Below are positions 32,417 through 42,855 of a stretch of 64,000 nucleotides of DNA, in pieces; position 1 is the first letter of the stretch, and each line of letters begins with the position of its first letter. The notes under the pieces are model-generated. The model searched no databases, was not told where the DNA came from, and saw only the letters and a list, made by a program, of their open reading frames with translations. The position numbers and the translations under genes were made by a program. The stretch covers positions 1 through 64,000 of the IMG/VR virus record IMGVR_UViG_3300042858_000011; one strand, given 5' to 3'. Source of the DNA: a virus. Taxonomy: Duplodnaviria; Caudoviricetes.

Positions 32417-33127
32417 TTAGATTGGTTGGTTTGTTTCAAGTAATGTTGATGCTACTTCTGTAAGCAATATATCTCTTTCTGCCATATAACTTACTAACTC
32501 AAATTCATCTTTAAATACTTCTTTTACAAAGAGTTTATCAATAGCTTTACCATAAACATAAACAGATGTTAACACATCTCTATATACATCAGCATCAATA
32601 GCATTTTCCATGCTAATCATTAATTCTATATTCTCTAGCTCATCATTAGTTAGTTCATTCTTGGCTTCATTCACTATTTGAGCAACCCGAAGTTTTATAT
32701 CATCTTCCTTGATGTAACAATACTTTGGTAGCAGATTTTGTTCAATCTTTTCCTGAACAGTTACTATTATGTTATTGATCAATGTGCTTATATTTTCATA
32801 CTCCTTAGCTAACGACACATCTTCAAAGAGCATATACTCCAAAGCCTTACGATAAAATTCTTTCACATCAGTAATATAAGTTTGATCCTCTTTAATCTCA
32901 TTTTTGCTATTGTTTTCTGTTTGTTCTTGTTTTACTACCGATTTTATAACTTTTGCAAAGGATAATAGATTTTCATCTATTGTCGAACTCGCTTCATTTA
33001 TAATTTTCATTTGAATTTCTACTATCTCTTTATCTTTTTGTTCTATGGGTAACGGAACTATTGAGGATGATTCATCAACGTTTTCATCGCTGTTTAGAAT
33101 AACCTTAAGTAAATCATCTCTAAGCAT
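32417..33127 (-). CDS. Hypothetical acidic helical protein
   Basis: 236-aa ORF, AGC at -12. Confidence 0.6.
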   Translation of the reverse strand: MLRDDLLKVILNSDENVDESSSIVPLPIEQKDKEIVEIQMKIINEASSTIDENLLSFAKVIKSVVKQEQTENNSKNEIKEDQTYITDVKEFYRKALEYMLFEDVSLAKEYENISTLINNIIVTVQEKIEQNLLPKYCYIKEDDIKLRVAQIVNEAKNELTNDELENIELMISMENAIDADVYRDVLTSVYVYGKAIDKLFVKEVFKDEFELVSYMAERDILLTEVASTLLETNQPI

Positions 33128-33162
33128 TTACTTGTAGCTTAACATTCTAAGCAATGAAAAAA

Positions 33163-33852
33163 TCAAATCTGTTGCTGAGACAATTTCAATAACAAATAGT
33201 TTCTGTATTTTAGGAATTTACTATCTACTCTTTTATTTTGAGGAACATTTTTTATATTTATCACAGAATTGATTTCTGTTGATATGGATACAGTGTAATC
33301 ATATAATAGGTATATGATCAGTATAGCTATATGTCTATCTGTTTCTGTATTGTATTTGTTTGATGACAGTAGTTTAATGGTATGATAAGTGAAATATGCT
33401 AAAGGTAAAGAACCATAATATACCATTGGAGACAAATCTTTGTTAACAGTATAATTACTTTTGTATGTTATTAATGAAGGCTCCTTTAAAACAATTGGAT
33501 ATTGTTTACTCATACTAATAGCCATACCAACTCTATCAAAAGCTAATCCTAATACATCATAATTATCAAAGAAGTTTAATAATTGCTCAAAGGGAACAAC
33601 ATAATAATCATTTGTTTCTAATTCATCATTTACACAGTGTAATAGGTAGAGAATAGATGTCAAAGCCAAATCAGATTTTGGATCTACAATTGCATGATTG
33701 ATACCATTTATGGATTGTATGATAAATTTTTTGTTTGTATTAATGCTAATTTGTTTTGGGAGCTTAAAGTTAACATTTTTATCATAAGGAAATCCAAAAT
33801 ATTTCAAAGCCATATCAATGTTAGCAAATAGATTTGGATTTCTGACTAGCAT
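33163..33852 (-). CDS. Hypothetical protein
   Basis: CTAAATTT at -14. Confidence 0.6.
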   Translation of the reverse strand: MLVRNPNLFANIDMALKYFGFPYDKNVNFKLPKQISINTNKKFIIQSINGINHAIVDPKSDLALTSILYLLHCVNDELETNDYYVVPFEQLLNFFDNYDVLGLAFDRVGMAISMSKQYPIVLKEPSLITYKSNYTVNKDLSPMVYYGSLPLAYFTYHTIKLLSSNKYNTETDRHIAILIIYLLYDYTVSISTEINSVINIKNVPQNKRVDSKFLKYRNYLLLKLSQQQI

Positions 33853-33930
33853 ATCTAAAAATTTAGAGTGGATGTGGTGTTATTTATTGTCACTTTAAGA
33901 TTGTTTTACAACGGATCTAAATATATTAGT

Positions 33931-34266
33931 ATGTTGTACGTTTTCAACTCACAAATTATACCACTGAATTGGCAATTAGCAGATTCTTATACCGTTAAGA
34001 TTAAAAGGATTGATGTGAATCAGGCGAGACAATTAGTTAATCAGAATCAATTTATATCCGCCATCGGACATGAATCAACAGCGAAATTGCTGTCAATGTT
34101 GTTAGGGATAGACATTCCAATAAATAGAATTCAAGTTGAAATGGTTTCGGGAGATATAGGGTTACATTTTGTATTAAAAAAGAGATTACAAGAAGGACAA
34201 ATAATTAAAGACATTCAGGAATTGCAAGAAATTGGGTTTGATTTAGTAATGAGCGAAGTTTTATGA
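33931..34266 (+). CDS. acrIII-1: AcrIII-1 (DUF1874/STIV B116-like) cyclic oligoadenylate ring nuclease
   Basis: MLYVFNS, SAIGHESTA, IPINRI, GD, LKKRLQEGQI are the DUF1874 motifs; CTAAATAT at -14 of ATG 33931. Confidence 0.9.
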   Translation: MLYVFNSQIIPLNWQLADSYTVKIKRIDVNQARQLVNQNQFISAIGHESTAKLLSMLLGIDIPINRIQVEMVSGDIGLHFVLKKRLQEGQIIKDIQELQEIGFDLVMSEVL

Positions 34267-34354
34267 TCAATATTTTCATTTCTATCCATTTTTTCAGTTT
34301 TTTTATGAAACAAAAGTAACTCAAGGAGTTAGCTTCACAAAAAAATAGAATTTA

Positions 34355-35155
34355 TTATTCTATTGCTTCTGCTAGCTCATCTAAATCTTTTAGCAAATGA
34401 TTTACTTTTGATTTGTTAGCATCATCAAGTAAACTCCACATATCAACATAAACTTGTGTATCATCCAACGCATAACTGAACAATATTAACATTAACAAAA
34501 CATCATAGTTTTTATTCTGTTTAATTTTGTTTATGAATAACAATGTTTTACTAGCAATCATACGGAAAATCTTTCTTGATGGTAAGTTATAATCAAGAGT
34601 TAGTTTTAATGCTTCAGTTAAATCTTCTATATTCAAATCAGAAGCATTTATGTATCTATATAGATGATACAATCTCTTATCGAGATTTAATAATTCTGAC
34701 TCGTTTAATTTTAATCCCAGGTTGATCTCAATAATTTTATAGTGTTTACTCAATATATTAGATAAAACTAAATTTTCCAAACCAAATTGTCTTAATAATA
34801 TGTTTAACTCATTGTTAAGTCGTTTTAAAATCGATGTTAAGACATTTATTGTATTTTGATTGGGATCATCCTTGAATGAATAATACATAAAACGGTATAT
34901 ATCAAGTATAATATCCTTTGATGGATAAGAATTAATTTTTTGCTCCAGTGTGTCTATCATCTTTTCTGCGTAATCATATCTACCTATTTGCAGCATAGCA
35001 AGGAAGATTCTATTGAATAAGATTATGTCAGGTATGTCATATTCATGTTTAAACACATCTTCAACAATATCTTCAAAATCAGTTTCATTAAGATTTGATG
35101 TTAGCTTATAGAAGGCTCTAACCTCAGCTAAACTGTTTAGTAACATTTTATACAT
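34355..35155 (-). CDS. Hypothetical helical (TPR-like) protein
   Basis: LQIGRYDYAEKMI TPR-like segment; CTAAATTT at -14. Confidence 0.55.
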   Translation of the reverse strand: MYKMLLNSLAEVRAFYKLTSNLNETDFEDIVEDVFKHEYDIPDIILFNRIFLAMLQIGRYDYAEKMIDTLEQKINSYPSKDIILDIYRFMYYSFKDDPNQNTINVLTSILKRLNNELNILLRQFGLENLVLSNILSKHYKIIEINLGLKLNESELLNLDKRLYHLYRYINASDLNIEDLTEALKLTLDYNLPSRKIFRMIASKTLLFINKIKQNKNYDVLLMLILFSYALDDTQVYVDMWSLLDDANKSKVNHLLKDLDELAEAIE

Positions 35156-35258
35156 AATAAAAAATTTAGATATGTTAGAATCCAAGCATTGCTAAATAAT
35201 TTGTAGTTGTTTTACTTAGTATTGTTATATCATTTGCTTTTGATGTAACTTTTTTATA

Positions 35259-36554
35259 CTATTCATTATTTATACTCCCTTCAACGAATTGCTTTGGAAT
35301 AGCTATTACAAGTCCTATTGGTAAATCTCTGAAGTAAGTTATTTTATTTGTTTTTTTGCTTTTGACTCTAATTGTTATATTTGCATCAACGCTATCACCA
35401 TCAAAGTCTCCTCCCAGTGGTGCACAAGCTAACGGATGTATTTGTATTGTATCTTGATCTGCTATAACTGGTTTTGCTGCTAGCCAAGATGTCTTATGCA
35501 AAGCTGGGTCTCTTTTATAAACCACTACAGCATCTGGTAAAACATCTTGCTCTAAAACCTTTCTAAAGAAGTTTATCAATTCTTGTGGAAACAGAGTAGG
35601 ATAATTGGAAATCTTGTTTATAAGCTTAGTTATATCATTAACAGCAGGTTTAATCTCTTGTCTTGCAGTTTTTGTTATCTCTATAAATTCTTGTTTGTGT
35701 TTTGTTAGTATGCTATTAATTATTTGTGGCTTGTATAGTTGCAACAGAGCTGTAAATGGAATAGCAATTTGGTCTATCTCAAGATTTGGATTAGGACTAA
35801 TAACAGATCTTGCTGTGTAGTTAACTGTTTTGCTAGCAAGTTGTTCTCTAATAAAACCTGTTTTTGTTCCAAATTGTTCTGCTAACAAATCTATTAGTTT
35901 AACGATCAACCTATACAATTTTGAGCTATTAGCATTACCAACTTCAAAAGTTTTGTTTTGTTCTATTATTTTTGAGTAAACATCTGTTAACGGATGTATT
36001 GATATTTTGTTGTCTATCTTTGAGTAATCTCTCCAACCAGGAGGAAGCACAATTATTTTGTTTGTTATCAAATTCTCAACTTTATTGTTTGATAATTTGA
36101 TTATCTCATTTATTAACTGACCGGATACACTATTCTGTTGAGCAATATACTCAATCAATTTAATCAGTTTGTTTTTCTCAAAGAAGTCTGCGAAGCCTTG
36201 CATCAAGATTTTATGATTTGTGTAGCTAATCTCTTTCTCATCTTCCAAAACTAAATTCCCTTCTTCATCAATTGCTAAAATCCTATCTGGTCTGTTTCTG
36301 AATGCTCTGATTGTGGGTAAATTATCCAGAATCATCAACACAGGAAACTTAGGGATATATACATTCAACGGTATATATCCCATTTGCTCAAACCATTTTG
36401 AACTTTTTCTCTCACCAAATAGATATTGTGAGTACAATCCATTTATTTGGCTCAGTAACTTTTGTTCATTTAAGTTTGCAGGTAATGGTTCCATAATAGC
36501 TGGAGCATTATGCTCCTTAATAAATTGTTCCACATTTAGTAGTTCAAAAATCAT
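35259..36554 (-). CDS. RNA polymerase beta-prime fragment with catalytic DFDGD, ending in a probable split-intein N-fragment
   Basis: IIVLPPGWR, KTGFIREQLASKTVNYTARSVISP, KRDPALH, PLGGDFDGD; then 44 aa starting SVDANITIRVK. Confidence 0.9.
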   Translation of the reverse strand: MIFELLNVEQFIKEHNAPAIMEPLPANLNEQKLLSQINGLYSQYLFGERKSSKWFEQMGYIPLNVYIPKFPVLMILDNLPTIRAFRNRPDRILAIDEEGNLVLEDEKEISYTNHKILMQGFADFFEKNKLIKLIEYIAQQNSVSGQLINEIIKLSNNKVENLITNKIIVLPPGWRDYSKIDNKISIHPLTDVYSKIIEQNKTFEVGNANSSKLYRLIVKLIDLLAEQFGTKTGFIREQLASKTVNYTARSVISPNPNLEIDQIAIPFTALLQLYKPQIINSILTKHKQEFIEITKTARQEIKPAVNDITKLINKISNYPTLFPQELINFFRKVLEQDVLPDAVVVYKRDPALHKTSWLAAKPVIADQDTIQIHPLACAPLGGDFDGDSVDANITIRVKSKKTNKITYFRDLPIGLVIAIPKQFVEGSINNE

Positions 36555-36587
36555 TGATTTTGATTGCTCAAGAAAACAGCAAAAAAA

Positions 36588-38144
36588 CTAAAGCATATCT
36601 TTGATTGATTTTACGAATTTATTCACATATTCTTGTTCCAAGCCAACTACATAATTTTGAACAAAGTTTATTGCTTCATCGCTATCCTCAACAACAATCA
36701 CAGACGCATTTTTTGCTTTATTAACAACAAGCATAACAATATCCAAAGGTAAATGTTGTCTCAATTTGTCTGATAACTCATTTAAAAACTTTAGTGAATA
36801 TTTTCCTTTTAGTGATAGACCTCTGCTTCCATGACTGAACACAGGACCAACTATTAGATTGTATAGCAACATACCAAAGATATGCGGTGCAATTGACTTT
36901 AATATTTTTTCAGCTTCACTTCTGTTTTTAGCCGCTTTCAATATGGATATTAAATCATTGCTAGTTAATGTTGTAGTTTTCCAAGCAACCATACCTGATA
37001 TATCTCGTAATGTTGTAAGATCAAGATTTGCATTATAATCTTTCAATATACTTATTAACTCCATTTTTATGATATGTTCCAACATAGTTAACTTAACCTC
37101 TCCTCTACATATACGTTTAAACAGATTTATCAAATACTCATTCAAAAAGTCTGGATTTTGTCTATTCAAAAAGCCTGCTAGCTTATACTCATCAGTCTGA
37201 GAGTTATATAGGAAATATCTCTTCTTAACTCCTGTTCCAAATGCAGAGTCTCCAACAAATTCCAATTTAACTTTTGGATAATGTGCTAGTACTTTTTGTT
37301 TGTATGTGTTTGTAGCAAATCTATGAGCATAAGTGTAAACCAAGGGTAAAATACTATTATTCAAAACATCTTCATGCAAAATATCATATTTATCGTAAAC
37401 AAAGAAGCTATCTGTATCGTTATACATTATGAATTGAGTATTTGCATCAAACTTTTTACGAGCGCTAATAAAATCATTTATATTAACAGACAAATCATTA
37501 ATATTTTTTGTTTGTATATAACGATTAATCAAAGCTGATGTTGTTAGAGATATATATTGTCCTGTTATTGTTATGGCTTCAGCAATGTATATATTGTAGA
37601 ATGGAAATGAATCTGTTCCGAAGACACCGTACATGCTATTCATGGCAAGTTTGGTTGCATTCTGTATGAGATCTGCAACTTGATCGCCTTGCTTTGCCTT
37701 TGCCTTATATATATCTCTCATTTTAATCCATTCAACTAAAGTCTTTTCTAGTAAGATAGATAACTGATTACCATTTGTTAGTAATCCATTAGGAGTAACA
37801 ATTATGTTTTTGTTTTGTATTAAGTCCAGTAAATCTTGTCCATTCATTTCATGATTGGTAAATCGTTTTGTTGTTATAAACCATTTGTATTTGACAATTT
37901 CATCATACAATCCAAACCAAAACAATGTTCCAAATATCCTACCTGCAAACCTACCTTTTGCAAAATTATTCCAATAGGATAAATCAGCTTCATTATTTGT
38001 TTCAATACATAACAATTCTTGCAAGTATTTCTCTTCGTTTTTTATGTTTGATCCTGATACAAATCCATGAACATCTAGAATATTGTTTGCTACCATGAGA
38101 TTTGGATATAGTGAATTTACGTCAAAAACTTTTATTGTTGGCAT
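36588..38144 (-). CDS. Family B DNA polymerase catalytic half (split polymerase, part 2)
   Basis: DVNSLYP (motif A) at the very N-terminus, KLAMNSMYG (B), YNDTDS (C), KKRY; CTAAATTT at -14. Confidence 0.93.
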   Translation of the reverse strand: MPTIKVFDVNSLYPNLMVANNILDVHGFVSGSNIKNEEKYLQELLCIETNNEADLSYWNNFAKGRFAGRIFGTLFWFGLYDEIVKYKWFITTKRFTNHEMNGQDLLDLIQNKNIIVTPNGLLTNGNQLSILLEKTLVEWIKMRDIYKAKAKQGDQVADLIQNATKLAMNSMYGVFGTDSFPFYNIYIAEAITITGQYISLTTSALINRYIQTKNINDLSVNINDFISARKKFDANTQFIMYNDTDSFFVYDKYDILHEDVLNNSILPLVYTYAHRFATNTYKQKVLAHYPKVKLEFVGDSAFGTGVKKRYFLYNSQTDEYKLAGFLNRQNPDFLNEYLINLFKRICRGEVKLTMLEHIIKMELISILKDYNANLDLTTLRDISGMVAWKTTTLTSNDLISILKAAKNRSEAEKILKSIAPHIFGMLLYNLIVGPVFSHGSRGLSLKGKYSLKFLNELSDKLRQHLPLDIVMLVVNKAKNASVIVVEDSDEAINFVQNYVVGLEQEYVNKFVKSIKDML

Positions 38145-38196
38145 AAATGAAAATTTAGATTGGATGCAAAAAAACAAGCCGCCTAAATTTTTTTGT

Positions 38197-39195
38197 ATGC
38201 TAGACGTTAGGAATATCTTTAACTACTATGTATATAAGCCTATTTATTACAAACGAAATCACATATTAATACGGTGTCCTTTCTGTGGAGACAGTGTTAA
38301 AAATGTTATGCATGCTCATTTGTATATTGAACCAGATTTGATGGTATTTTGGTGTGCAAGATGTTATGAAGGTGGTTCGCTAGCCTATCTGCTAACCAAA
38401 ATCAGAGACAGATTTTCAATTGATGTAAATCCGATAATAAACCAATTACGTAATGTTATAGTTAGTAATACTAGCTTACAAAAATCAAAACAAATAAACT
38501 TAGATATAACTTACATTGAGATGCAAAAACTAAAACAAAAATTAAGTCAAGAATCTATTGCTAGGTATAGAAATGAGCTAGAGTATTACTTCATCAAAAA
38601 GCAAATCAATATCAGTGAACATGTATTACATCAATTACCGATTGCTATGTATGATGTAGTGTACGATTATTTGCTACCACATAAAGATAGATTGGATAAT
38701 TCACTAGTCGTATTTACAATCGGTAGTAGAGTAATTTACAGATATGATTATTTGAGTTTGTTACATAACTTCAAAACAGAAAGAAGGTTTATGAATCTCT
38801 ATCTAGCAATAGGTAAAAGCTATCAAGCTCTACAATATAGTTTGTTTACATTGCTACCATACAACTTTGATAGAAAGTTTTATCAATCATACAATCTAAG
38901 CAGAAAAAATTTACTACTTGTTTCTGAAGGATTAACTGATATGATATTGTATGCAGAACATTTACTAACAAGTGTAGATACACCAATAACTTGCTTAGTG
39001 TTAAATGGTAAATGGTATGAAATTATAAAAGACTTTGAACCTTTGTTTGACAATATTACAGTAATTGTTGATAATGATGCTGCAACTAAAGCATACATAG
39101 CTGGTCTCAAGATAAACAGTAAACTAAGTTTTGTTATACCAGTTACAGGTAATGATCTTAGAGAGAGTAAAAAATATCTTGAAGTAGAAATTTAA
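38197..39195 (+). CDS. DNA primase (Zn finger + TOPRIM, gp61-like)
   Basis: RCPFCGDS...HLYI...CARC; VSEGLTD; VDND. Confidence 0.85.
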   Translation: MLDVRNIFNYYVYKPIYYKRNHILIRCPFCGDSVKNVMHAHLYIEPDLMVFWCARCYEGGSLAYLLTKIRDRFSIDVNPIINQLRNVIVSNTSLQKSKQINLDITYIEMQKLKQKLSQESIARYRNELEYYFIKKQINISEHVLHQLPIAMYDVVYDYLLPHKDRLDNSLVVFTIGSRVIYRYDYLSLLHNFKTERRFMNLYLAIGKSYQALQYSLFTLLPYNFDRKFYQSYNLSRKNLLLVSEGLTDMILYAEHLLTSVDTPITCLVLNGKWYEIIKDFEPLFDNITVIVDNDAATKAYIAGLKINSKLSFVIPVTGNDLRESKKYLEVEI

Positions 39196-39211
39196 TGAGC
39201 ACATTTTTTGA

Positions 39212-40105
39212 ATGATAGATTTACTACAACAAAACTATTCTAAATTGAAAGCAATAGAAGAGTTTAGTTTTAAACATATGCTTAGTTCATCAGCAGCTAA
39301 AGACTTTGTTGATAACTTAGTTGCAGAACAAAACAACCCATATTTAAGCAAGATATACAATCATCTTATAGATAACAACATATTAGTTATAACATATGAC
39401 AGAGATTTGATTAGCAGAACTATAACATACTTTCTTGGTTTAATAGTTAGAGGTCCTATGGTTTTAGGTTTCCATAGTCCAGAGAATAAAAAGATTTATT
39501 TGTTGCTAGATAACAACTACATAGTATCCAAGCATACAAACCAACATATTAATAAGAGAATTATACAAACATTAATACATGAAACTGTTCATTATTTTGC
39601 TACAGTAAAACCAAAAGAATTTTGTGAACAATTTGATACAATAATACAACGATTCTTCAAACTTGTTTTCTCAAACATAGACCCTAGGTTGGAGTATTAT
39701 AAAATTGCAGATAGTTATTATGATTTGTTATATAACAGTAGAAAACAAATCTTTACAAAAAGTTATTATCAGACTTGGTTTGATACATTTATAAACTATG
39801 GGCGTGATGAAGTATTAAATGCTTTTGTTAAAGATTCACAGTATGATAAGGCATTTAACTACATGATTAAACATCCAGTTTATTTAAAGATTGTTGCTAC
39901 ACTCTATGTGGCAAATGGAAAAAGAGAAGCTATACCCTATTCTTTCTTTGCTGATATGTATAATGCCTATGTTAAGCTAACAGGTCAGTTAACAATTAAC
40001 CTATACTATCAGGAGTTATTTTATCCCGATGAAGTAATATGTGTGCTATCAGAAACAGATAAAAAGAGAGACAATATATTACAAAAGTTGTTACACTTGA
40101 TCTAA
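39212..40105 (+). CDS. Zincin-like metallopeptidase domain protein
   Basis: LIHETVHYF (HExxH); AGC at -14. Confidence 0.55.
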   Translation: MIDLLQQNYSKLKAIEEFSFKHMLSSSAAKDFVDNLVAEQNNPYLSKIYNHLIDNNILVITYDRDLISRTITYFLGLIVRGPMVLGFHSPENKKIYLLLDNNYIVSKHTNQHINKRIIQTLIHETVHYFATVKPKEFCEQFDTIIQRFFKLVFSNIDPRLEYYKIADSYYDLLYNSRKQIFTKSYYQTWFDTFINYGRDEVLNAFVKDSQYDKAFNYMIKHPVYLKIVATLYVANGKREAIPYSFFADMYNAYVKLTGQLTINLYYQELFYPDEVICVLSETDKKRDNILQKLLHLI

Positions 40106-40115
40106 ATTTTTTTGT

Positions 40116-41708
40116 ATGAGTAATTTGACATATAAACCGACACAGTTATTAACTGCTACTATGTTATGCGTTCCATTTCTAAGATTTAACGATCCAAATA
40201 GATTGCAGATGGCTTCCAACCATCTAAGACAATCTCTACCTTTGGTTAATGCTGAAATTCCGAGGATAAGAACTGGATTTGAGAATGTAATTGTTAAGAA
40301 AGCAGAAAGCTTTTACATTGAGACAAATACTTTTGAGAAAATTGATGAATTTATAGTTAAAACAGATGAAGGTTTGAAGTTTAATGCTATGTTTTTAAAA
40401 TATGATGAGAAATTAAAAGTTGCATACAATCCTTATCATATATGTTTTGTCAGAGATATTGTTAGCGGTGGTTGGTGTCCTGAGCTCAAACTAGGAGTAA
40501 ATGCTTTAGTTGGTTATATGTCTTACTATGGTTTCAACTATCAAGATGCCGTAGTAATATCTGAATCTTTTGCTAAAAGACTAAAACATATCGAGAGAAA
40601 AGTATTTATTATTAGATTGCCTGCAAATAGTCAATTAAAACATATCAGTAGTAATGACAATACTATTAGTTTGATACCAATACCAGGTAAAACATACAAT
40701 ACACTAATATCCTATGAGTATATTGAAGCAGGTGTATTACAACGAAAACAAATTAATGTTGACAATTTGCTTGTAGTTGATGTAAGAGTTAAAGCTCTAC
40801 CAAATTACAGATTACCTGCATCAGTAGCAGAATTCATCAAGAAAGCAAAGAAACCATTCAAACTAGCAAAATTAGAAACAGAACCTACACAAAAATATCC
40901 TATTGTTATACAAATAATTGGTTATGTTACCAGAGAAGCAACAATAGGAGATAAACTAACAAATAGACATGGAAACAAAGGAGTCATTGGCTTGATTGTT
41001 CCTGATGAAGAAATGCCCAAAACAAAAGACGGAAAGATATTAGATATATTGTTCTCTCCTCTTTCTGTTCCATCCAGAATGAACCTAGGCCAATTAATGG
41101 AAAATTTGCTTGCAAAAATTGTCGTTAAGGTTGAACAACAGGTATTAGATTTGCTTAATAGGAATATGAGGGATAAAGCTCAAAAAATGTTGCTAGACTT
41201 TTTAAAGAGAGTTGAAAAACGAAGTTCATTTCATCATTTAATTGACAATGTTTTAACTAAAAGATGGGATTTATTGGAGTATAACCTAACAAAATATGGA
41301 TTGAGCATCATACAACCACCTTTTAGTGAATTGAATGCAGAAGAGATAAAACAATTAGCCAAAGACTATAATGTCAAGGAAATAGATTATGTTAGAGTAG
41401 ACAATTATGATGTTAGCATCAATGTGGGTTATCAAACTATATTAAAACTAGAACATTTAGCATCAAGCAAAGTAACAGGAGCAGGCATAACAAACAATGA
41501 ATACACTAATCCACAAAGAATCGGAGAAATGGAAACTTGGAATATCATTGCTCACGATTATGATGAAATTAAGAGATTATTCCGCAGAAGTTATGAATTT
41601 GAAAAACTATCCTACTATAGCGATAAGTTTGGCTTTGATAGTTATATATTCAAACCTGATGTAAATAATGTATATCAAGTTTACAAGAAAGTTTTATTCA
41701 ATGAGTAA
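40116..41708 (+). CDS. RNA polymerase beta-subunit C-terminal fragment
   Basis: PFLRFNDPNRLQMASNHLRQ, GFNYQDAVVISES, GDKLTNRHGNKGVI, PSRMNLGQL, KLEHL, QRIGEME. Confidence 0.95.
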   Translation: MSNLTYKPTQLLTATMLCVPFLRFNDPNRLQMASNHLRQSLPLVNAEIPRIRTGFENVIVKKAESFYIETNTFEKIDEFIVKTDEGLKFNAMFLKYDEKLKVAYNPYHICFVRDIVSGGWCPELKLGVNALVGYMSYYGFNYQDAVVISESFAKRLKHIERKVFIIRLPANSQLKHISSNDNTISLIPIPGKTYNTLISYEYIEAGVLQRKQINVDNLLVVDVRVKALPNYRLPASVAEFIKKAKKPFKLAKLETEPTQKYPIVIQIIGYVTREATIGDKLTNRHGNKGVIGLIVPDEEMPKTKDGKILDILFSPLSVPSRMNLGQLMENLLAKIVVKVEQQVLDLLNRNMRDKAQKMLLDFLKRVEKRSSFHHLIDNVLTKRWDLLEYNLTKYGLSIIQPPFSELNAEEIKQLAKDYNVKEIDYVRVDNYDVSINVGYQTILKLEHLASSKVTGAGITNNEYTNPQRIGEMETWNIIAHDYDEIKRLFRRSYEFEKLSYYSDKFGFDSYIFKPDVNNVYQVYKKVLFNE

Positions 41709-41735
41709 TCTTTTTTTATTACAGCACAAATGTAG

Positions 41736-42401
41736 ATGCATATAACAGAAGTAGTTGAGTATGTAAAAGGTATGCTAACAGGCTATGCAATTGATTTGGA
41801 GATAGATGATCAACAAATACAGAACATCATAAAAAATAGTGTCATATCGATACTAAACCAATATGTTCCACAAGTTAAGATCAGAACAATACCTCAAGCA
41901 AATTTTGATAATACAACTTGGACTGTGGAATTACCTGAACAACAAGTTGTTAATATATTACATGTTAGCACGAAGCCATTTCCTCTGTATCCGTTATTAT
42001 TGGCTAATCAACAAAGTTTGATAGTTGCTCAAGAATTTGTTTCGAATAGAATTATAGATAGTTACTCCTATATATATGATGTTAGATTTAGTTTCATACC
42101 TCCAAACAAATTACAACTATACAGTCAACCAATGTCTGATATAGTTGTAATGTATAGTTGCAGTTACAAAGATGATTTATCGGATGTCCCAAACAGTCTT
42201 GAATATTTGGTTAAAGCTCTTGCTCTTGCAAACGTTAAAATAGCAATAGGCAATATACGTACAAAATATCAAAGTTTCGACACTCCATTTGGAAGCATAA
42301 CACTAGCATATGATATAAAACAAGAGGGTATGGATGAACTGAGAACAATAATAGAGGAATTGAAAGTATCTCCTCCACCTATACCCGTTATAGTAGTGTA
42401 A
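41736..42401 (+). CDS. Neck/head-completion protein (T4 gp13-like)
   Basis: LEIDDQQI; VKALALANVKIAIGNIRTKY...QEG..E...E.L...PP C-terminal pattern. Confidence 0.7.
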   Translation: MHITEVVEYVKGMLTGYAIDLEIDDQQIQNIIKNSVISILNQYVPQVKIRTIPQANFDNTTWTVELPEQQVVNILHVSTKPFPLYPLLLANQQSLIVAQEFVSNRIIDSYSYIYDVRFSFIPPNKLQLYSQPMSDIVVMYSCSYKDDLSDVPNSLEYLVKALALANVKIAIGNIRTKYQSFDTPFGSITLAYDIKQEGMDELRTIIEELKVSPPPIPVIVV

Positions 42402-42430
42402 GTATAGCAACTTGTCTAAATTTATATTAC

Positions 42431-42838
42431 ATGAGTACTTCTACTTTAAGACAAGGACTCTATACGATTGTCAGAGATCGTGAGAGCGGCAAATTGGGTT
42501 TATGCGCGCCATTCACTGTCAGGAATGTTGTATTACCTCTAAACATTAATCAATATAAAATCCATTTCATAACAAGATTTGACGAAAACAAACATGAAAA
42601 AATAATAGAGGTATTTCTGATAGATGAAGAATTACAGAAACAATTGAAAAATATGTCTCCATATGGTGTTTATATTATACAAGATATAGAAACAAATTAT
42701 TATGGCTTAAATGTACCTTTTTATTTCAGATATGAAACTCCATTTCAATTAAGAGTTGATGGACAAATATACACCATCGCATTCATACGCTATGGTAAGA
42801 TAAAAGATAAAAAGTACAAAAAAGTAGCAAGAATATGA
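42431..42838 (+). CDS. Hypothetical protein with internal two-fold repeat
   Basis: GLYTIVRD..GLCAPF / GVYIIQD..GLNVPF; CTAAATTT at -15. Confidence 0.6.
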   Translation: MSTSTLRQGLYTIVRDRESGKLGLCAPFTVRNVVLPLNINQYKIHFITRFDENKHEKIIEVFLIDEELQKQLKNMSPYGVYIIQDIETNYYGLNVPFYFRYETPFQLRVDGQIYTIAFIRYGKIKDKKYKKVARI

Positions 42839-42855
42839 AAAAATCTCTTTTTTTG

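Noticed and set aside
35175-35258. TAG readthrough or stop-codon reassignment (27 open codons after the beta-prime TAG)
   Set aside because: The other TAG-ended genes checked hit in-frame stops soon after, and coding density is already high under the standard code; probably chance
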